Below, piece after piece: positions 1 through 8,901 of a DNA stretch of 64,000 nucleotides; position 1 is the stretch's first letter; the number at the start of each line of letters is the position of its first letter. Under the pieces are notes generated by a model, which had not been told where the DNA came from, did not search any database, and worked only from the letters and a program-made list of their open reading frames with translations. The translations under genes were made by a program, and so were the position numbers. The stretch is taken from the NCBI GenBank assembly GCA_032250675.1, contig JAVVEY010000002.1:3650-67649 (forward strand). The letters are read 5' to 3'. The DNA comes from Longimicrobiales bacterium (GTDB lineage: Bacteria; Gemmatimonadota; Gemmatimonadetes; Longimicrobiales; Gaopeijiaceae).

Positions 1-1905
1 AACGCGCGCATCCCCTCGGGGCCGATCGAGCAGAAGTGGGCGAACCATCGCTTCGAGATGAAGCTGGTGAACCCCGCGAACAAGCGGAAATACGACGTCA
101 TCATCGTCGGCACGGGGCTCGCCGGCGCCTCGGCCGCGGCCACGATGGGCGAGCTGGGCTACAACGTCCACGCCTTCACCCATCACGAATCTCCCCGGCG
201 CGCGCACTCGATCGCCGCGCAGGGCGGGATCAACGCCGCCAAGAACTACCAGAACGACGGCGACTCGATCCACCGCCTCTTCTACGACACGGTGAAGGGG
301 GGAGACTTCCGATCGCGCGAGGCGAATGTGCACCGCCTCGCCGAGGTGAGCCTCAACATCATCGACCAGGCGGTGGCGCAGGGCGTACCCTTCGCGCGCG
401 AGTACGGCGGGCTGCTCGCGAACCGCTCCTTCGGCGGCGCGCAGGTCTCGCGGACCTTCTACGCGCGGGGGCAGACGGGGCAGCAGCTCCTCCTCGGCGC
501 GTACCAGGCGCTCGAGCGGCAGGTGCGCGCGGGGACCGTCACGATGCACGCGAGCACCGAGCTCCTCGACGTCGTCGTGATCGACGGGGTCGCGAAGGGG
601 ATCGTTACGCGCGACCTGACGACGGGGACGATCGAGTCGCACGCGGCCGACGCGGTGGTGCTCTGTACCGGCGGCTACTCCAACGTCTTCTACCTCTCCA
701 CCAACGCGCAGAAGTCGAACGTCACCGCGACCTGGCGCGCCCACAAGCGCGGCGCGGGCTTCGCCAACCCCTGCTACACGCAGATCCACCCGACGTGCAT
801 CCCGCCCTCGGGGGAGTATCAGTCGAAGCTCACCCTGATGAGCGAGTCGCTGCGCAACGACGGACGGATCTGGGTGCCGAAGGACCCCGACGACACGCGC
901 GCGGGCAACGACATCCCCGACGACGCGCGCGACTACTACCTCGAGCGCCTCTACCCCTCCTTCGGCAACCTGACGCCGCGCGACATCGCCTCCAGGCGGG
1001 CCAAGGAGATGGTCGACAAGGGGCACGGCGTGGGCCCGATGGAGAACGGCGTCTTCCTCGACTTCCGCCACGCGATCGAGCGGCTCGGGAAGGAGACGGT
1101 CGCCGAGCTCTACGGCAACCTCTTCGAGATGTACGAGCGGATCACGGGGGAGAACCCGTACGAGCGTCCGATGCGGATCTTCCCCGCGCCGCACTACACG
1201 ATGGGCGGGCTCTGGGTCGACTACGACCTCATGACGACCGTCCCCGGGCTCTTCGCCGCGGGCGAGGCGAACTTCTCCGATCACGGCGCGAATCGTCTGG
1301 GCGCGAGCGCGCTCATGCAGGGACTCGCCGACGGCTACTTCGTGGTGCCGCTCACGATCGGCAACTACCTCGCCACGGTGAAGCCGGGCGAGGTCGACAC
1401 CGGCCACGCCGCCTTCGCGGACACCGAGCGCGACGTGATGGCGCGTCAGACGAAGCTCCTCGAGGTCAACGGCTCGCGCTCGGCCGCCTCCTTCCACCGC
1501 GAGCTCGGCGCGCTCATGTGGGAGAACTGCGGAATGGAGCGGACCGAGGAGAGGCTCCGGGCCGCGCTCGAGCGGATCCCCGCGCTGCGCGAGGAGTTCT
1601 GGAAGGACGTGCGGGTGCCCGGCGATGGGGAGGGGCTCAACCTCTCGCTCGAACAGGCCGGCCGCGTCGCGGACTTCCTCGAATTCGCCGAGGTGATGTG
1701 CTGGGACGCGCTCACCCGCGACGAGTCGTGCGGCGCGCACTACCGCCCCGAGCATGTGACCGACGAGGGTGAGGCGAAGCGCGACGACGAGAACTTCGCG
1801 CACGTCGCCGTCTGGGAGTTCACCGGGGTGGGCGAGGCGCCGAATCGCCACACCGAGGAACTCGAATTCGAGAACGTCCCGCTCTCGCAGAGGAGCTACA
1901 AGTAA
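1..1905 (+). CDS. sdhA: succinate dehydrogenase / fumarate reductase flavoprotein subunit (Bacillus/Bacteroides type), probably 5'-truncated by the window edge
   Basis: Frame 1 is open from nt 1. [19 protein letters not shown] precedes the ORF-track Met at 58 and resembles the conserved N-terminus of this flavoprotein family, so the true start is likely upstream of the window. FAD fold [28 protein letters not shown]-terminal ESCGAHYR. 1-nt TAATG overlap with sdhB. Confidence 0.93.
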   Translation, partial: NARIPSGPIEQKWANHRFEMKLVNPANKRKYDVIIVGTGLAGASAAATMGELGYNVHAFTHHESPRRAHSIAAQGGINAAKNYQNDGDSIHRLFYDTVKGGDFRSREANVHRLAEVSLNIIDQAVAQGVPFAREYGGLLANRSFGGAQVSRTFYARGQTGQQLLLGAYQALERQVRAGTVTMHASTELLDVVVIDGVAKGIVTRDLTTGTIESHAADAVVLCTGGYSNVFYLSTNAQKSNVTATWRAHKRGAGFANPCYTQIHPTCIPPSGEYQSKLTLMSESLRNDGRIWVPKDPDDTRAGNDIPDDARDYYLERLYPSFGNLTPRDIASRRAKEMVDKGHGVGPMENGVFLDFRHAIERLGKETVAELYGNLFEMYERITGENPYERPMRIFPAPHYTMGGLWVDYDLMTTVPGLFAAGEANFSDHGANRLGASALMQGLADGYFVVPLTIGNYLATVKPGEVDTGHAAFADTERDVMARQTKLLEVNGSRSAASFHRELGALMWENCGMERTEERLRAALERIPALREEFWKDVRVPGDGEGLNLSLEQAGRVADFLEFAEVMCWDALTRDESCGAHYRPEHVTDEGEAKRDDENFAHVAVWEFTGVGEAPNRHTEELEFENVPLSQRSYK

Positions 1906-2669
1906 TGAGGCTGAAGCTGAACGTCTGGCGGCAGAGCGGTCCGAACGATCCGGGGCGCTTCGAGACGTACGACGCCACCGAGATCTCGCCCGACATGTCC
2001 TTCCTCGAGATGCTCGACGTCGTCAACGAGCGCATCCTCGCCGACGGGGGCGAGCCGATCGCCTTCGACCACGACTGTCGCGAGGGGATCTGCGGGTCGT
2101 GCGGGATGATGATCAACGGCGTGCCGCACGGGCCGAAGAGCCTCACGACGGTCTGCCAGCTCCACATGCGAACCTACTCGGACGGCGACGAGTTGTGGAT
2201 CGAGCCCTTCCGCGCGCGCGCCTTCCCCGTCCTCAAGGACCTCTACGTCGACCGCACCCCCTTCGATCGCATCATCCAGGCGGGGGGCTACATCTCGGTG
2301 CGCACCGGGAGCGCCCAGGACGCCAACGCCGACCCGATCCGCAAGAGCGACGCCGACGCCGCCTTCGACGCCGCCGCCTGCATCGGGTGCGGTGCGTGCG
2401 TCGCGGCGTGCCCCAACGCCTCGGCGATGCTCTTTACCTCGGCCAAGATCGCGCACCTCGCGCACCTCCCGCAGGGGCAGGCCGAGCGCTACACGCGCGT
2501 GCTCGACATGGTCGACCAGCACGACGACGAGGGGTTCGGCAACTGCACGAACCACGGCGCGTGCGAGAACGCCTGCCCCAAGGGGATCAGCGTCGACTAC
2601 ATCGCGCAGCTCAACCGGGATCACTTCAGGGCGACGGTGACGGCTGACTCGGAGGGCGTGGGCGCCTGA
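1905..2669 (+). CDS. sdhB: succinate dehydrogenase / fumarate reductase iron-sulfur subunit
   Basis: Three Fe-S Cys motifs: [39 protein letters not shown]. Lies directly after sdhA. Confidence 0.95.
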   Translation: MRLKLNVWRQSGPNDPGRFETYDATEISPDMSFLEMLDVVNERILADGGEPIAFDHDCREGICGSCGMMINGVPHGPKSLTTVCQLHMRTYSDGDELWIEPFRARAFPVLKDLYVDRTPFDRIIQAGGYISVRTGSAQDANADPIRKSDADAAFDAAACIGCGACVAACPNASAMLFTSAKIAHLAHLPQGQAERYTRVLDMVDQHDDEGFGNCTNHGACENACPKGISVDYIAQLNRDHFRATVTADSEGVGA

Positions 2670-3802
2670 TGAGCCGTCCAGATCGCTCTTCGTTCGTGAG
2701 TGCATGGACAAAGAGCGCGCTGACGCTGCTCCTGGTGGTCGTTGTGACGGTACCTGTGGCGGGCGCACAGGAGCGCGTTACGGTCGGGCCGCTCGTGGCG
2801 AGCTTTACGGACGGAAGCGAGCCGCTCCACCTCGTGGAGTCGATGCTGTTGGTCGGGAATTTCCTCTACGTGGTCCACCGGGGCGCTTCGGAGGTACTCC
2901 GGTACTCCCTCCCCGGGGGTGAGCTCGAGCGCGCCACGGGACGGCGGGGAGAGGGGCCGGGAGAGTTTTCATGGCCGACGTGGCTCGGTGCGTGCGACGA
3001 CGAGCGGCTCTTCGTCTGGGACGGCATGCCGGATCGGGTGACCGTCTACGATCACGATCTCACCCTGGTGCGCACCTTCGTCGTTCCCCAGCTGGCGAGT
3101 GGCGGCCGGCCTGTCCAGGTGCGCTGCGCCCCGAACGGACTCGTGGCCACCTACGATAACTTCGTGATGGAGATCCCGGAGGGGCCGTATCGACGGGAGC
3201 ACCAGTTGGCTCTTCTCCCGTTGGAGGGTGGCGAACCGGAGATGCTGTGGCGCGTGCGCGGCGACGAGCGCTATCGGTACTCGACGAGCGACGGCCTTCG
3301 AACCTTCGGGAAGGTCCAGGTCGTGGTGGGCACGCCTTCAGGCGTCGTCCTGGGCGACGCGGACAGCTGGCGCCTCTTGGAGCATGACCTCGAGGGTGAG
3401 GTTGTGACGACCTATGCGCTGCGTGGTGAGCAGCTGCGCCCCATCACCCGGAGCGACCTCGAGGCCTGGTGGGCGTATGACCTGACCAAGGCAGAGCCTT
3501 ACGGTGAAGAGGTCGTCGGGAACCGGCGGCGGTCTCAGCGAGAGACGCAGTACCCGGAATACTACCCGCCGTACGCCGAGGCCCTCGTCGTGGGCGAGGA
3601 GCTCTGGGTGCAGCGGTATCAGGCCTTCACCGATCCCGCTCAGCGATGGGAGGTCTTCGCCCTCTCCGGGGGCGCCCACCTCGCGTCACTCGAAACCCCT
3701 CGCGGCTTCGCCCTCCGGGCAGCCGGAGACTCGCTGATCGCGGGGGTCCACACCGACGCGCTGGACGTGGAGACGATTCAGGTGTATCGGCTGGTACGGT
3801 AG
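2669..3802 (+). CDS. secreted hypothetical protein, NHL-like / 6-bladed beta-propeller family candidate
   Basis: Signal peptide (LLLVVVVTVPVAGAQE). GEGPGEF motif and repeated beta-strand pattern typical of 6-bladed beta-propeller (DUF5128-like) proteins. Its ATG shares one nucleotide with the sdhB TGA (TGATG). Confidence 0.7.
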   Translation: MSRPDRSSFVSAWTKSALTLLLVVVVTVPVAGAQERVTVGPLVASFTDGSEPLHLVESMLLVGNFLYVVHRGASEVLRYSLPGGELERATGRRGEGPGEFSWPTWLGACDDERLFVWDGMPDRVTVYDHDLTLVRTFVVPQLASGGRPVQVRCAPNGLVATYDNFVMEIPEGPYRREHQLALLPLEGGEPEMLWRVRGDERYRYSTSDGLRTFGKVQVVVGTPSGVVLGDADSWRLLEHDLEGEVVTTYALRGEQLRPITRSDLEAWWAYDLTKAEPYGEEVVGNRRRSQRETQYPEYYPPYAEALVVGEELWVQRYQAFTDPAQRWEVFALSGGAHLASLETPRGFALRAAGDSLIAGVHTDALDVETIQVYRLVR

Positions 3803-3811
3803 GCGTTCGAT

Positions 3812-3847
3812 CTTGACCATCTTGGGTAACTTGACCAACTTGTGCAA
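3812..3847 (+). promoter_or_regulatory. four phased 9-bp direct repeats (CTTGnnnnn x4), candidate promoter/operator of the phd-zeta module
   Basis: Units cttgaccat/cttgggtaa/cttgaccaa/cttgtgcaa lie head to tail in locally AT-richer DNA, 41-76 nt upstream of the ATG at 3888. The block contains two TTGACC -35-like hexamers. It is followed by the palindrome tcaggtgcctga (3861-3872) and an AAGGA RBS. Confidence 0.45.
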
Positions 3848-3887
3848 GATAGTCGGACGTTCAGGTGCCTGAATCAAGGATGGCCCC

Positions 3888-4259
3888 ATGACGAAGCGCA
3901 GTGGACGCGCCCGCACCTCGCACGTGGAGGACCCCGCCGCCACGACCACCGTCACCTCGACCGAGGCGCAGAACGCCCTCGGCGAGTTGATCGATCGGGT
4001 CGGGAGCGGCGAGCGCGTCTACATCACGCGCTACGGTCGGCCGCGCGCCGTCCTCGTCTCCGCGGAGACCTGGGCGGAGCTCGCGGGCCCCGTCCCGGTC
4101 GACCTCTCGGAGCTCGAGGCGTCGTTCGAGGCCAGACTCCGGCGGATGCAGACCCCCGACCACCAGAGTGCGGTGGACACCCTCTTCGAGATGTCGGGTG
4201 AGGAGGTGGGGAAGGCCGCCTTCGATACAGCGCCTCTCCGGGACGCGGAGGGATGCTGA
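3888..4259 (+). CDS. Phd/YefM-family type II antitoxin with a C-terminal extension
   Basis: TSTEAQNALGELIDRVGSGERVYITRYGRPRAVLVSAETWAEL matches the Phd/YefM N-terminal domain signature. Small gene ending 3 nt before the toxin-like gene. Confidence 0.8.
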   Translation: MTKRSGRARTSHVEDPAATTTVTSTEAQNALGELIDRVGSGERVYITRYGRPRAVLVSAETWAELAGPVPVDLSELEASFEARLRRMQTPDHQSAVDTLFEMSGEEVGKAAFDTAPLRDAEGC

Positions 4260-4262
4260 TCG

Positions 4263-4901
4263 GTGGCCTCCGACGCGGGGGAGATCGTCGTGCTCGCCGG
4301 GGTGAACGGCGCCGGTAAATCGAGCGTGGCGGGCGCGGCTCTCGAGCGCGTCGGCGGGACGCTCTACGACCCCGACAAGGCCACCCGTGCCTTCATGGCG
4401 CAGGGGCTCACGCAGGAGGAGGCCAACGCACGGGCGTGGCATCGCGGGCGCGAGCAGCTCGAGGACGCCCTGAGGGACGGGCGCCGCTACGCCTTCGAGA
4501 CCACGCTGGGCGGGCGCACGATGACCCGTCTGCTCCTGGATGCCGCGACCCGAGGGCGCCGGGTTCGCGTCTGGTACGTGGGTCTCGCCTCCCTCGAACT
4601 CCACATGAAGCGGGTGAAGGAGCGGGTCGAGCGCGGCGGTCACGACATCCCGGAGGCCCGGATCCGCGAGCGCTGGGATTCGAGCCGGGAGAACCTCGTC
4701 CGCTTCCTCCCCCATCTGGCCGAACTGGTCGTCTTCGACAACAGCCGGTCGGTTGCGGTGGAGGCGGGTGAAGCGCCGGAGCCGGTGAAGCTCCTGCACC
4801 TGCGGGACGGGCGCCTCGGGTACGTTGCGCCGCTGGACGACGTCCCGACGTGGGCCAAGTCGATCGTGGAGGCGGCCCTCCGGATCCACGACTCCGCCTG
4901 A
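4263..4901 (+). CDS. zeta-toxin / COG4185-type P-loop kinase (putative toxin)
   Basis: GTG start. Walker A GVNGAGKSS. ETTLGG, RVKERVERGGHDIPEARIRERW and VFDNS motifs are characteristic of zeta-toxin-family ATPases/kinases. Confidence 0.8.
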   Translation: MASDAGEIVVLAGVNGAGKSSVAGAALERVGGTLYDPDKATRAFMAQGLTQEEANARAWHRGREQLEDALRDGRRYAFETTLGGRTMTRLLLDAATRGRRVRVWYVGLASLELHMKRVKERVERGGHDIPEARIRERWDSSRENLVRFLPHLAELVVFDNSRSVAVEAGEAPEPVKLLHLRDGRLGYVAPLDDVPTWAKSIVEAALRIHDSA

Positions 4902-4963
4902 GAACTCCCTCCCATTCCGGGGGGGACGCGATCCACCCGCGGCCGGAACGGGCCGACCGGAGG

Positions 4964-5407
4964 TCACGCCGCGTCGGTCTCGATCCGCTCCACCGCCGTC
5001 GGCAGGACGCCGGCGGCGAGCTCCTCCATGCCACGCTCGAAGGTCGCGACCCGGCCGCCGCGAGTGTGTGCGAGGAGCACGAGGTGCGCGTCGGTCACCT
5101 GCCGGTGTCCCACGATTCGCCCGGTGAGGCCGGTTTCGTCAGCCGAGAGTTCAACGTCGTCCGGCCAGAAGGTGTGGCCGGGGACTCCCCGCATCCGGCG
5201 GAGCAGCTCGAGGGCGTCGACGGGTCGCGCCGCCTCCGGGAGTACCCGTGCGTTGCTCGACACCCGGACGAATCCCGACTCGGTGACCGGGGTCGTGGCC
5301 CACCCCTCTCCGGCGATCCTCTCGAACCAGCGGTGCGCGACGCGGTGGTGGATATGGTTCGGCCACGCGAGCGCCATGAGGACGTTGACATCCAGGAGGC
5401 GGATCAC
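4964..5407 (-). CDS. vapC: PIN-domain toxin VapC
   Basis: MIRLLDVNVL N-terminal acidic PIN residue. About 147 aa, with a QVTDAHL motif. 4-nt overlap with the upstream antitoxin gene. Confidence 0.88.
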   Translation of the reverse strand: MIRLLDVNVLMALAWPNHIHHRVAHRWFERIAGEGWATTPVTESGFVRVSSNARVLPEAARPVDALELLRRMRGVPGHTFWPDDVELSADETGLTGRIVGHRQVTDAHLVLLAHTRGGRVATFERGMEELAAGVLPTAVERIETDAA

Positions 5408-5628
5408 GTCTCGTCGAGCGCGTCCGCGACCCTCTCCGACGTCAGGGGCGGGGCGTCCTCGCGCACCTGGAAGACCGGGAAGCCACGGACGTACGCATCA
5501 CCCGGGTCCGGTCGCAGCGCCGCCCGGATGAGATCGGTTGCGACGTCGCCGAGGCTCCGACCCCTCTCCCGCGCGAGGCTCCGAAGCGCATGGAGGACGT
5601 CGTCGTCGAGGTTGAGTGTGGTACGCAT
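5404..5628 (-). CDS. vapB: VapB-family antitoxin
   Basis: The MRTTLNLDDDVLHALRSLA N-terminus is typical of VapB antitoxins. 74 aa. Overlaps the vapC start. Confidence 0.85.
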   Translation of the reverse strand: MRTTLNLDDDVLHALRSLARERGRSLGDVATDLIRAALRPDPGDAYVRGFPVFQVREDAPPLTSERVADALDET

Positions 5629-5652
5629 GGCGGCACGATCGCATCATCGCAT

Positions 5653-5672
5653 CGTGATGTCAACGCATCACG
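5653..5672. promoter_or_regulatory. perfect inverted repeat cgtgatg-N6-catcacg, candidate VapB operator
   Basis: 7-bp arms, 25-44 nt upstream of the vapB ATG (5628). Adjacent gcatca/gcatcg repeats at 5641-5652. Confidence 0.45.
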
Positions 5673-5832
5673 CGGCTGCTTCCCTCGCTTCGGTGACCCC
5701 GCAGCGCTTGCCGAGCCCGGGTGGCGCCGGGTACTCTGACGGCGGGTTCCGAGGGTGATCGCACCGCGTCGCTCCGCGTGGAACCCCGTGGCATCCCGTC
5801 GCACCTCTGACGCCCACCCGGCCCATCGCCCC

Positions 5833-7599
5833 ATGCCCACACCCCTCCGCCTGCCCGCCGCGCCCCTCCTTGCGCTCCTCGCCCTCGCCCCCGTCGCCTG
5901 GCTGGGCGCCTGCGCCGCCCCCTCGGGCCCCGGCGCCGACCTCGTCCTCGTGAACGGCCGCATCTGGACGGGGGACGAGGCGCGGCCCTGGGCGGAGGCG
6001 GTCGCGATCGAGGACGGCCGCATCGTCTTCGTGGGCGACGGCTTTGCCGTGGGGGACTACATCGGCCCCGCGACCGAGGAGATCGACCTCGAAGGCCGCT
6101 TCGCGAGCCCGGGTTTCATCGACAACCACACCCACTTCAACCGCGCGGGCGAACTCCTCCTGGGGGTGAACCTCCTCGAGGTCACGAACGCCGAAGAGCT
6201 CGCCGCCGAGCTCGAAGTGACCGCCTCCCGCGTCCCCGAGGGCGCGTGGATGGTCGGTGGCTCCTGGGGCGCCTACGAGCAGTGGAGTCAGGGCTCCACC
6301 GGCGACGAGAGCGGACCCGAGTCGGGCACCTTCCGCCCGGATCGCGCGCTCATCGACCCCCTCACCCCCGACCACCCTGCGATCCTCTGGAACTGGGACC
6401 GCTCGCAGTACCTGGCCAACGGGCTCGCGCTCGAGGCCGCCGGGGTCGGATGCGGCACGCCGGGCGTCGAGTGCGAGGGCGGCGAGCCGACGGGTCGGGT
6501 CGACGCGGCTGCCGCGCGCCGCATCCAGGCCGCCATCCCCGACAAGACGATCGACCAGCGTCTCGCCGAAGCGCGCGCCGCGCTCGCCGATCTCGCGCAA
6601 TTCGGCGTCACCTCCTTCTTCGACATCACCCCGCCCTCCCAGGTCGAGGTGTACCAGCGGCTGCGCGAGCGGGGCGAGCTCACCGCGCGCGTCAATATGC
6701 GCCTGACCCTCGACACCTGGAACGAGATGCGCGACGCGGGGATCGTCGAGGGGCTCGGTGACGACTGGATCCGCTACCAGGGCCTCAAGGGGTTCGTGGA
6801 CGGGATCATGGGGTCGAGCCAGGCGCGCTTCCACGAGCCGTACCTCACGACGGGAGTGCGCGGGCGGTGGCGGAACGAGAGCAACACCGGGTACGTGACC
6901 GACCGGGGCTCGGGGATGGATCCGCCGGGCACTATGGAGCGGCTCCTTTTCGGCGCTGACTCGGCTGGCTTCAACCCCCGCGTGCACGCGATCGGCGACG
7001 AGGCGATCGACTCGATCATGGACCTCATGGAGAAGGTCATGCGCGAGAACCCGCCCCGGGAGGACCGCCGCTTCGCCATCATCCACAACCAGGTGATCCG
7101 CGGTCCCGAAACCGCCGCGCGCCAGGCCGAGCTCGGCCTCATCGCCGAGATGCAGCCCTACCACACGATCGACGACATGCGGTGGATGGAGGAGCGCATC
7201 GGCGAGCGCGCCCGGTGGGCGTACGCCTTCCGCACCCTCCGCGACGCCGGCGTGCTCCTCTCCTTCGGGAGCGACTGGCCGGGCACCAACGCCGCGTGGT
7301 ACACCGTGAACCCGCTCCAGGGGATCTACGCCGCCGTCACGCGCGAAACACTCGACGGGACCCCCGAGGGGGGGTGGTTCCCCGAAGAGAAGATCGATGT
7401 GGAGACCGCGCTTCGGGCCTACACGGTGAACAACGCCTGGGTGGGACTCTCCGAGGATCGGCTGGGCCGGATCCGCGAGGGCTACCTCGCCGACCTCGCC
7501 GTCCTCGACCGCAACCCCTTCGAGATCGACCCGCGCGAGCTCAAGGATGTGCGGGTCGACCTGACCCTCGTGCATGGCGAGGTGGTCTTCCGCCGTTGA
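5833..7599 (+). CDS. metal-dependent amidohydrolase (Amidohydro_3-type) lipoprotein
   Basis: Start moved to the Met at 5833, which gives a lipoprotein signal (LLALAPVAWLGAC). Motifs PGFIDNHTHF (HxH), VHAIGDEAID, SFGSDWPG. Confidence 0.85.
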   Translation: MPTPLRLPAAPLLALLALAPVAWLGACAAPSGPGADLVLVNGRIWTGDEARPWAEAVAIEDGRIVFVGDGFAVGDYIGPATEEIDLEGRFASPGFIDNHTHFNRAGELLLGVNLLEVTNAEELAAELEVTASRVPEGAWMVGGSWGAYEQWSQGSTGDESGPESGTFRPDRALIDPLTPDHPAILWNWDRSQYLANGLALEAAGVGCGTPGVECEGGEPTGRVDAAAARRIQAAIPDKTIDQRLAEARAALADLAQFGVTSFFDITPPSQVEVYQRLRERGELTARVNMRLTLDTWNEMRDAGIVEGLGDDWIRYQGLKGFVDGIMGSSQARFHEPYLTTGVRGRWRNESNTGYVTDRGSGMDPPGTMERLLFGADSAGFNPRVHAIGDEAIDSIMDLMEKVMRENPPREDRRFAIIHNQVIRGPETAARQAELGLIAEMQPYHTIDDMRWMEERIGERARWAYAFRTLRDAGVLLSFGSDWPGTNAAWYTVNPLQGIYAAVTRETLDGTPEGGWFPEEKIDVETALRAYTVNNAWVGLSEDRLGRIREGYLADLAVLDRNPFEIDPRELKDVRVDLTLVHGEVVFRR

Positions 7600-7751
7600 C
7601 GACGGGTATGCGGGAACACTTCTCCCCGACCGGCGGTTGAAGAGAGAGGGGAGACTGCTTCAAGCTGGAAACGGAATACACTCCCCCGATCGAGGTGGAC
7701 ACCCGCAGCGCCGGGTGGACGACCCGCACGGTACCTTCGGGAGGAGAAACG

Positions 7752-8843
7752 ATGCGCATCAGAGTCGGGTCGAGGAGGGCATCTCGCCCCTTGGCGATGG
7801 CCCTCGCGGCCTCGGCGCTCCTCGTGGCGGGATCGACGCCGGCCCGCGCTCAGGTCGTCGCGATGGGGATCGTCACCGACGAGCCACGGGGGGAGCCGGT
7901 CGCCGAGGCGCTGATCACCCTCGTCTCGGTCGAGGACCTGGCGGATTCGGTGTCGGTGCGCACCGACGCCGCGGGACGATTTGCCGCGCTCCTCCCGCGC
8001 CCCGGGGCGTACGCACTCATCGCCCGTCACCTCGACTATGACGCCTTGACCTACGGACCGATCGATGCGGACGACGACGAGACGCCGATCACCCTCTTCG
8101 TCGAGTTGAGCCCACGCCCGAGAGGGTCCGGAGAGGGCGACGGAGCGGAGCGCAGCGAGATCCGCGCGGTCGGATCGGTCACCGATGATCTGCTCGGAAC
8201 TCCGGTCGTGGCCGCAACGGTCACCCTCGTATCGGTCGAGGACGCAGCCGATTCGGTGGTGGCCCACACCGACGGATCCGGGCGCTTCACCGCGAATCTG
8301 CCGGGGTCCGGGAGGTACGAGATGACCGCCCGGCACCTCCGCTACGATTCGTTGACCTCGCAGGTCATCGAGGTGCGCGACACCGGGGAGCCGATCGAGC
8401 TCCTCATCGAGATGATCCCGCGCCCGACCGAGCTCGAGGGCATCGCCGTCGAGGCGCAGAGAGAGGTCACCAATCGGCGCCTCGAGCAGGCCGGATTCTT
8501 CCAGCGGAAGAAGGCCGGCTTCGGAACACACCTCACTCCCGAGGATCTCGAGAATCGGCGCTTCAGCATGCAGGAGGTCTTCCGGGGGATCCCGGGGGTG
8601 CGCGTGGTTGACGGCCGTGAGCTTCGCCTCTTCGGCGGGGGGCTCTCGTCCGGATCGTTCTGTCCCCCGAGGTACTTCCTCAATGGAGCGCCCGTCGAGG
8701 CGGATGCGGAGTTTCTCGACTTCGTCGCTCTCCAGAATGTGGCCGCCCTCGAGGTCTTCACGCGCTCGAGTCAGGTCCCGCCGGAGTATCGCGGGACGAC
8801 ATCGAGTGGGTGCGGCGTCGTCCTCATCTGGACCGGCCGGTGA
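7752..8843 (+). CDS. secreted protein with two CarboxypepD_reg-like domains and a TonB-receptor plug-like C-terminus (no beta-barrel)
   Basis: GGAGGAG RBS before the ATG at 7752. Signal peptide ending ARAQV. Internal duplication: LITLVSVEDLADSVSVRTDAAGRF versus VTLVSVEDAADSVVAHTDGSGRF. C-terminus FRGIPGVRVVDG...AALEVFT resembles a plug domain. Confidence 0.7.
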   Translation: MRIRVGSRRASRPLAMALAASALLVAGSTPARAQVVAMGIVTDEPRGEPVAEALITLVSVEDLADSVSVRTDAAGRFAALLPRPGAYALIARHLDYDALTYGPIDADDDETPITLFVELSPRPRGSGEGDGAERSEIRAVGSVTDDLLGTPVVAATVTLVSVEDAADSVVAHTDGSGRFTANLPGSGRYEMTARHLRYDSLTSQVIEVRDTGEPIELLIEMIPRPTELEGIAVEAQREVTNRRLEQAGFFQRKKAGFGTHLTPEDLENRRFSMQEVFRGIPGVRVVDGRELRLFGGGLSSGSFCPPRYFLNGAPVEADAEFLDFVALQNVAALEVFTRSSQVPPEYRGTTSSGCGVVLIWTGR

Positions 8844-8860
8844 CGCATCCGGGCGCGGAA

Positions 8861-8884
8861 GGGAGGCGTCCGCGGACGCCTCCC
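8861..8884. terminator. GC-rich hairpin between convergent genes (bidirectional terminator candidate)
   Basis: gggaggcgtcc-gc-ggacgcctccc has perfect 11-nt complementary arms (effective stem about 9-10 bp). It sits between the stop at 8843 (+) and the dcd stop at 8902 (-). No clear U-tract. Confidence 0.55.
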
Positions 8885-8901
8885 CTCGCACACCGCGCTG
8901 C

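Noticed and set aside
36-1772. 578-aa + strand ORF overlapping sdhA in another frame
   Set aside because: Arg/Gly/Pro/Ala-rich low-complexity translation with no recognisable motifs. The overlapping frame encodes an unmistakable SdhA. A typical high-GC alternative-frame ORF.
5668-7575. 635-aa minus-strand ORF
   Set aside because: Exactly antisense to the amidohydrolase gene. Its composition (G/A/R/V/E/P-rich) is typical of shadow ORFs in high-GC DNA, and it has no motifs.
7637-7666. TTGAAG-N15-CTTCAA inverted repeat / possible promoter upstream of the CarboxypepD_reg gene
   Set aside because: The -35-like hexamer has no acceptable -10 at 16-18 nt (tcaagc). A 6-bp stem with a 15-nt loop is weak. 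Not distinguishable from chance.
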